A stretch of 64,000 nt of DNA, from positions 58,404,001 through 58,468,000 of the forward strand of contig OZ024744.1 in NCBI GenBank assembly GCA_964016885.1, in the 5' to 3' direction. The position numbers and the translations under genes were made by a program. The notes beneath the pieces were generated by a model that saw only the letters and a list, made by a program, of their open reading frames with translations, did not search any database and was not told the origin of the DNA. Below are positions 57,811 to 64,000 of this stretch, piece by piece (positions within the stretch are counted from its first letter, which is position 1; every line of letters starts with the position of its first letter). This stretch comes from Eledone cirrhosa. Its lineage: Eukaryota.

Positions 57811-59037
57811 TGTTTCTTTTATTTGCCACTAGGGCATCAAAAGTGGGACAAGTACAAAGGGGGGAGTTTACACAAAAAGGCGTCCTCAATAAGGAGGAGG
57901 CAATAACAAAATATAAAAATAAAATAAGATATAACAAAAAATAAAATTTATAACAAAATCCTCAATAGAGAGGAGGCGCCTTGGGAGGTCGCACACACCC
58001 CCGAAAAAAGTGTGCAACCCTTTTCCTCAGGAGCACAGAGAGGGGGTGCTCCCTCGTTCCTTCCTCTTTTCCACCTACAGGCTTATGTAAAGAGAAGGCC
58101 CATTCACACGGGCCATTCTCGCCACTTTCACCCACCTTTCATAAAAACGACTGGGGTGCAGCACCTCTCTCTCCATCCTGATCCTTCTTCCGAAATGATA
58201 TCGGAAGAAACGGACCAGTTGTTGGCCAGAGAGAAAGGTGCCTGACCTCAGTCCTTTCAGACGCGTCCACCATACAACCTCTTTCGCCATGGCTATTACG
58301 CACAGAAACACCGCCTCTGCTTCATCTTTGAAGGGGGGAGGCGGCTTGATCATTACAATAGACTCGGTGGTCAACCGGATCGGTCCCACCATTGACAGCA
58401 GTTGTTCGACATAGCCCCACAGATCGGCTACGCCCGAGCAGTGTACCAATGCGTGTGCAACGGTTTCCTCGTCGCACACGCATCTGGGACAGATCTTTTT
58501 GGCGGGGTCCCTACCCGGGCGCCCGTGTCTGTAGAGCCTTTCTCGAACGGGTAAAGCCCCTCGGTAGCACTGCCAGGCCAGGGACTTCTGGAAGTTGTCC
58601 ATAGGTCCCGGGCTGAATGTCCTACCGAACAGGCTGGCCAGTTCGTCCTCCTCCATGTCTAGGGCTTCTCCGAGGGCGTCGTCGCACCTGCTGCGTACCA
58701 GCCCTCTATAGAATGTAGCGGTGGAGTCTCCACTGATAACCGGATCCGCCTGCCAGAGGGCGGTGAGCGCCTGGGCACACTCAGTGTGCCAGGCGCCCAG
58801 TTTTCTCGGTCTTTGCTTGACCCAGGATTGCAGCTCGGTGAGTGAGACGAGTCTGGGAAAGGTTCGTCTCACAAACGAGGCCCACACCGGTTGTCCGGTG
58901 AGGAATACGTAGAGGTGCCGTAGCCTTAATGCGTGTTTACGCATCATTAGCCACGGCATCCCCAGCCCTCCTTTCGAAGGGTGTTGACAGCAGATGGATC
59001 TCCTCACCATAGGAGCCCGCCTCTTCCAAAGGAATTG
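57810..59037 (-). mobile_element. 5'-truncated Tx1-clade LINE with intact C-terminal frame, bounded by (GATA)n on both sides
   Basis: QFLWKRRAPMV...KGGLGMP...CPRCVCDEETVAHALVHC (zf-RVT-like CCHC)...SLYISL*; (GATA)n at 57738-57809 and 59038-59138. Confidence 0.92.
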
Positions 59038-59138
<101 letters not shown>

Positions 59139-59382
59139 GTGGCGAAGTGACAGAGTCGTCAGGACGTCGGATAGAATGTTTTAAGATTTTTCGTACCGCC
59201 TCACTGCGCTTTGAGTTCAAATTCTCCCGAGGTTATTAAACTATTTTACTGGGGTGGTATTCAGTTGCAACGTTATATTACTATTTCCTTTAATTTTTTC
59301 TTTCGCAAACCTACGAAGAGGCTAATACCCGTCTAATACCAAAAGCGTTCCAGCCATGGCCGCCATCCTTATCATTATTATA

Positions 59383-59921
59383 ATTGTTTCTACTTTTGGC
59401 ACAAGGCCAGCAATTACTCAGTGCATTACTGGTACTTTATTTTATCGACCCCGTAAGGATGAAAGGCAAAGTTAACCTCGGCGGGATTTGAACTCAGAAT
59501 TGCAAGGACCGTAACTCTATGCGTCTGGCGGTGAGTTGGCAGAATCGGTAGAGCGTCGGACAAATGCTTCGAGACATAGAGTTACGGCCCTTTACATTCC
59601 GAGTTCAAATCCTGCCGAGGTTAGCTTTGCTTTTTACCCTTACGGGGTCGATAAAATAAACTACCAGTAATGTACTGGAGTTGACTTAATCGACCTCCCC
59701 TTTTCAAATTGCTGGCCTTGTGCCTAAATAAGAAACCATTATTATTATTATGGTTTGGCAGTATCAGTAGAGCGTCAGAGCCATACCTCTATGGCTCTTT
59801 ACGCTCTGGGTTCAAATCCGCCGAAGTTAACTTTGCCTTTCATCCTTACGTGGCCGATAAAATAAAGTACCAGTAATGCACTGGAGGTCAATTCCCCTCC
59901 CCAAAAATTGCTGGCCTTGTG
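59383..59921. mobile_element. SINE cluster: minus copy 59383-59525 head-to-head with plus copies 59526-59737 and 59752-59921
   Basis: Family consensus on both strands. Confidence 0.85.
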
Positions 59922-60664
59922 TCTTTCTCTTTTTAGATAGATACATAGATATGACGTCGCGCCTTTATAATATCTGTCTGCATGCCTGGCTGTCTGCATT
60001 ACGTTATTATGACGAGATTAAATCGGGGTTGATAAAATAGAGCACCACTAATGCACTGGTATAATTGCTGGCCTTGTGCCAAAAGTAGAAACAGTTATGA
60101 CGCGATCAGTGTGTGTGCGTGCATATATGTATATATAGTGTGTGTGTATATGTATATATAGTGTGAGTATATATATATTCTTATGCCAGGGAACGTCTTC
60201 ACTAACCAAAGTATCGTCTTCCTATTTTCCTTCGGTTGCAACGTTTTTCGAAATATTTTAATCTGCGTTCACAGATTGATTTTTTTATTTAGTTTCAGAA
60301 GATCCCGTTAAGGGTGAAAGCAGCGATTCTTTGCTTAAACTTTAATCTGTTATTTTATTTTGCATACACAAAAACAAAATATAAACAAACAAGGCTGGCG
60401 ATTACATCAGTTAGTCTTAGTGTACTTCATACTGCTTTTAGGTAGAAGATCCCGTTAAGGGTGAAAGCAGCGATTCTTTGCTTAAACTTTAATCTGTTAT
60501 TTTAATATATATATAATTATATATTCGTGTACAGATATTTTTGCGTACACAATAACAAAATATAAACAAACGTATTTATTTCACGAGGCTCGATAAGGAT
60601 AAATATATATCAAATATATAAGAACCCTAGAGCAAATCCCGAGCAACGCCGGGCCATTCTGTAA

Positions 60665-60702
<38 letters not shown>

Positions 60703-60846
60703 AACACACTATCTAAAACAGGGATCAGCAACTGTAAATTCTCACTTGTGTTCTGTTTTATTTATTTAGTTAGTTTTACCTATAGCCTACATGTATATCT
60801 TATATATAGGCATTTGAATATTATATCGAATCTTAACAAATAGACA

Positions 60847-61709
60847 TTGGATAGGTCTGAGGTCCACAGAAAACACATCAATAGTCCACACGTATATTAT
60901 ATATATCTTACATATAACACATTGGATAGGTCTGAGGTCCACAGAAAACACATCAATAGTCCACACGTATATTATATATATCTTACATATAACACATTGG
61001 ATAGGTCTGAGGTCCACAGAAAACACATCAATAGTCCACACGTATATTATATATATCTTACATATAACAAATTGGATAGGTCTGAGGTCCACAGAAAACA
61101 CATCAATAGTCCACACGTATATTATATATATCTTACATATAACACATTGGATAGGTCTGAGGTCCACAGAAAACACATCAATAGTCCACACGTATATTAT
61201 ATATATCTTACATATAACACATTGGATAGGTCTGAGGTCCACAGAAAACACATCAATAGTCCACACGTATATTATATATATCTTACATATAACACATTGG
61301 ATAGGTCTGAGGTCCACAGAAAACACATCAATAGTCCACACGTATATTATATATATCTTACATATAACACATTGGATAGGTCTGAGGTCCACAGAAAACA
61401 CATCAATAGTCCACACGTATATTATATATATCTTACATATAACAAATTGGATAGGTCTGAGGTCCACAGAAAACACATCAATAGTCCACACGTATATTAT
61501 ATATATCTTACATATAACAAATTGGATAGGTCTGAGGTCCACAGAAAACACATCAATAGTCCACACGTATATTATATATATCTTACATATAACACATTGG
61601 ATAGGTCTGAGGTCCACAGAAAACACATCAATAGTCCACACGTATATTATATATATCTTACATATAACAAATTGGATAGGTCTGAGGTCCACAGAAAACA
61701 CATCAATAG
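60847..61709. repeat. 75-bp minisatellite, about 11.5 units
   Basis: Unit ttggataggtctgaggtccacagaaaacacatcaatagtccacacgtatattatatatatcttacatataaca(c/a)a. Confidence 0.97.
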
Positions 61710-61820
61710 CTAACATTTATATCGTATCTTACATATAAAGATTTAAATGGTCCACAGATCAATGGCTGAGGGTCTGACGCCATACTTTTCAGCATAGAGT
61801 TACGGCCCTTTATGGTCTGA

Positions 61821-64000
61821 GTTCAAATGCCGCCGAGGTTAACTTTGCCTTTCATCCTTACGTGGCCGATAAAATAAAGTACCAGTAATGCACTGGAGGT
61901 CAATTCCCCTCCCCAAAAATTGCTGGCCTTGTGTCTTTCTCTTTTTAGATAGATACATAGATATGACGTCGCGCCTTTATAATATCTGTCTGCATGCCTG
62001 GCTGTCTGCATTACGTTATTATGACGAGATTAAATCGGGGTTGATAAAATAGAGCACCACTAATGCACTGGTATAATTGCTGGCCTTGTGCCAAAAGTAG
62101 AAACAGTTATGACGCGATCAGTGTGTGTGCGTGCATATATGTATATATAGTGTGTGTGTATATGTATATATAGTGTGAGTATATATATATTCTTATGCCA
62201 GGGAACGTCTTCACTAACCAAAGTATCGTCTTCCTATTTTCCTTCGGTTGCAACGTTTTTCGAAATATTTTAATCTGCGTTCACAGATTGATTTTTTTAT
62301 TTAGTTTCAGAAGATCCCGTTAAGGGTGAAAGCAGCGATTCTTTGCTTAAACTTTAATCTGTTATTTTATTTTGCATACACAAAAACAAAATATAAACAA
62401 ACAAGGCTGGCGATTACATCAGTTAGTCTTAGTGTACTTCATACTGCTTTTAGGTAGAAGATCCCGTTAAGGGTGAAAGCAGCGATTCTTTGCTTAAACT
62501 TTAATCTGTTATTTTATTTTGCATACACAAAAACAAAATATAAACAAACAAGGCTGGCGATTACATCAGTTAGTCTTAGTGTACTTCATACTGCTTTTAG
62601 GTAGAAGATCCCGTTAAGGGTGAAAGCAGCGATTCTTTGCTTAAACTTTAATCTGTTATTTTATTTTGCATACACAAAAACAAAATATAAACAAACAAGG
62701 CTGGCGATTACATCAGTTAGTCTTAGTGTACTTCATACTGCTTTTAGGTAGAAGATCCCGTTAAGGGTGAAAGCAGCGATTCTTTGCTTAAACTTTAATC
62801 TGTTATTTTATTTTGCATACACAAAAACAAAATATAAACAAACAAGGCTGGCGATTACATCAGTTAGTCTTAGTGTACTTCATACTGCTTTTAGGTAGAA
62901 GATCCCGTTAAGGGTGAAAGCAGCGATTCTTTGCTTAAACTTTAATCTGTTATTTTATTTTGCATACACAAAAACAAAATATAAACAAACAAGGCTGGCG
63001 ATTACATCAGTTAGTCTTAGTGTACTTCATACTGCTTTTAGGTAGAAGATCCCGTTAAGGGTGAAAGCAGCGATTCTTTGCTTAAACTTTAATCTGTTAT
63101 TTTATTTTGCATACACAAAAACAAAATATAAACAAACAAGGCTGGCGATTACATCAGTTAGTCTTAGTGTACTTCATACTGCTTTTAGGTAGAAGATCCC
63201 GTTAAGGGTGAAAGCAGCGATTCTTTGCTTAAACTTTAATCTGTTATTTTATTTTGCATACACAAAAACAAAATATAAACAAACAAGGCTGGCGATTACA
63301 TCAGTTAGTCTTAGTGTACTTCATACTGCTTTTAGGTAGAAGATCCCGTTAAGGGTGAAAGCAGCGATTCTTTGCTTAAACTTTAATCTGTTATTTTATT
63401 TTGCATACACAAAAACAAAATATAAACAAACAAGGCTGGCGATTACATCAGTTAGTCTTAGTGTACTTCATACTGCTTTTAGGTAGAAGATCCCGTTAAG
63501 GGTGAAAGCAGCGATTCTTTGCTTAAACTTTAATCTGTTATTTTATTTTGCATACACAAAAACAAAATATAAACAAACAAGGCTGGCGATTACATCAGTT
63601 AGTCTTAGTGTACTTCATACTGCTTTTAGGTAGAAGATCCCGTTAAGGGTGAAAGCAGCGATTCTTTGCTTAAACTTTAATCTGTTATTTTATTTTGCAT
63701 ACACAAAAACAAAATATAAACAAACAAGGCTGGCGATTACATCAGTTAGTCTTAGTGTACTTCATACTGCTTTTAGGTAGAAGATCCCGTTAAGGGTGAA
63801 AGCAGCGATTCTTTGCTTAAACTTTAATCTGTTATTTTAATATATATATAATTATATATTCGTGTACAGATATTTTTGCGTACACAATAACAAAATATAA
63901 ACAAACGTATTTATTTCACGAGGCTCGATAAGGATAAATATATATCAAATATATAAGAACCCTAGAGCAAATCCCGAGCAACGCCGGGCCATTCTGTAAG
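61821..64000 (+). repeat. Direct duplicate of ~59811-60665 (offset 2012) with an internal array expansion; ends in a Helitron-like hairpin
   Basis: Identical ORFs 59799..59999 and 61823..62011; both end cccgagcaacgccgggccattctgtaag. Confidence 0.92.
62310..63838. repeat. 147-bp tandem array, 10 full units plus a partial unit
   Basis: gatcccgttaagg recurs at 62313, 62460, 62607 ... 63783; units look identical. Confidence 0.97.

Noticed and set aside
60856-60890. Hammerhead-like ctgagg...gaaa in the 75-bp unit
   Set aside because: No stem II, A9 missing and stem I does not pair

Overview
Eukaryotic, AT-rich and repeat-saturated DNA. The SINE/LINE/Helitron repertoire and microsatellite load suggest a coleoid cephalopod such as an octopus (inference). 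Nearly all long ORFs in the supplied track are artefacts of (TA)n/(CATA)n/(CA)n microsatellites. Only one probable host coding exon is visible (terminal exon, 9123-9751, minus strand, unknown protein). The rest consists of: a near full-length decayed Tx1/L1-clade LINE (about 31.8-36.7 kb) plus 5'-truncated relatives; R4/Dong-like REL-endonuclease LINE fragments; a ~600-bp bipartite RTE-derived non-autonomous element; about 20 copies of a tRNA-derived SINE; Helitrons (one with a PIF1 helicase pseudogene); pogo/mariner/hAT remnants and MITEs; minisatellites with 41, 52, 75 and 147 bp units; and a 200-N gap with a duplicated flank. Three signals stand out. (1) Retroelement families are partitioned by microsatellite type: Tx1 copies sit in (GATA)n, and the RTE-derived element and one REL LINE sit in (CATA)n. 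(2) (TA)n-embedded fold-back palindromes carry minimal type-I hammerhead ribozyme motifs. (3) A 147-bp unit is expanded from 1 to 10 copies between two copies of a duplicated Helitron-like cassette. Coordinates were read by eye and may be off by a few bases.
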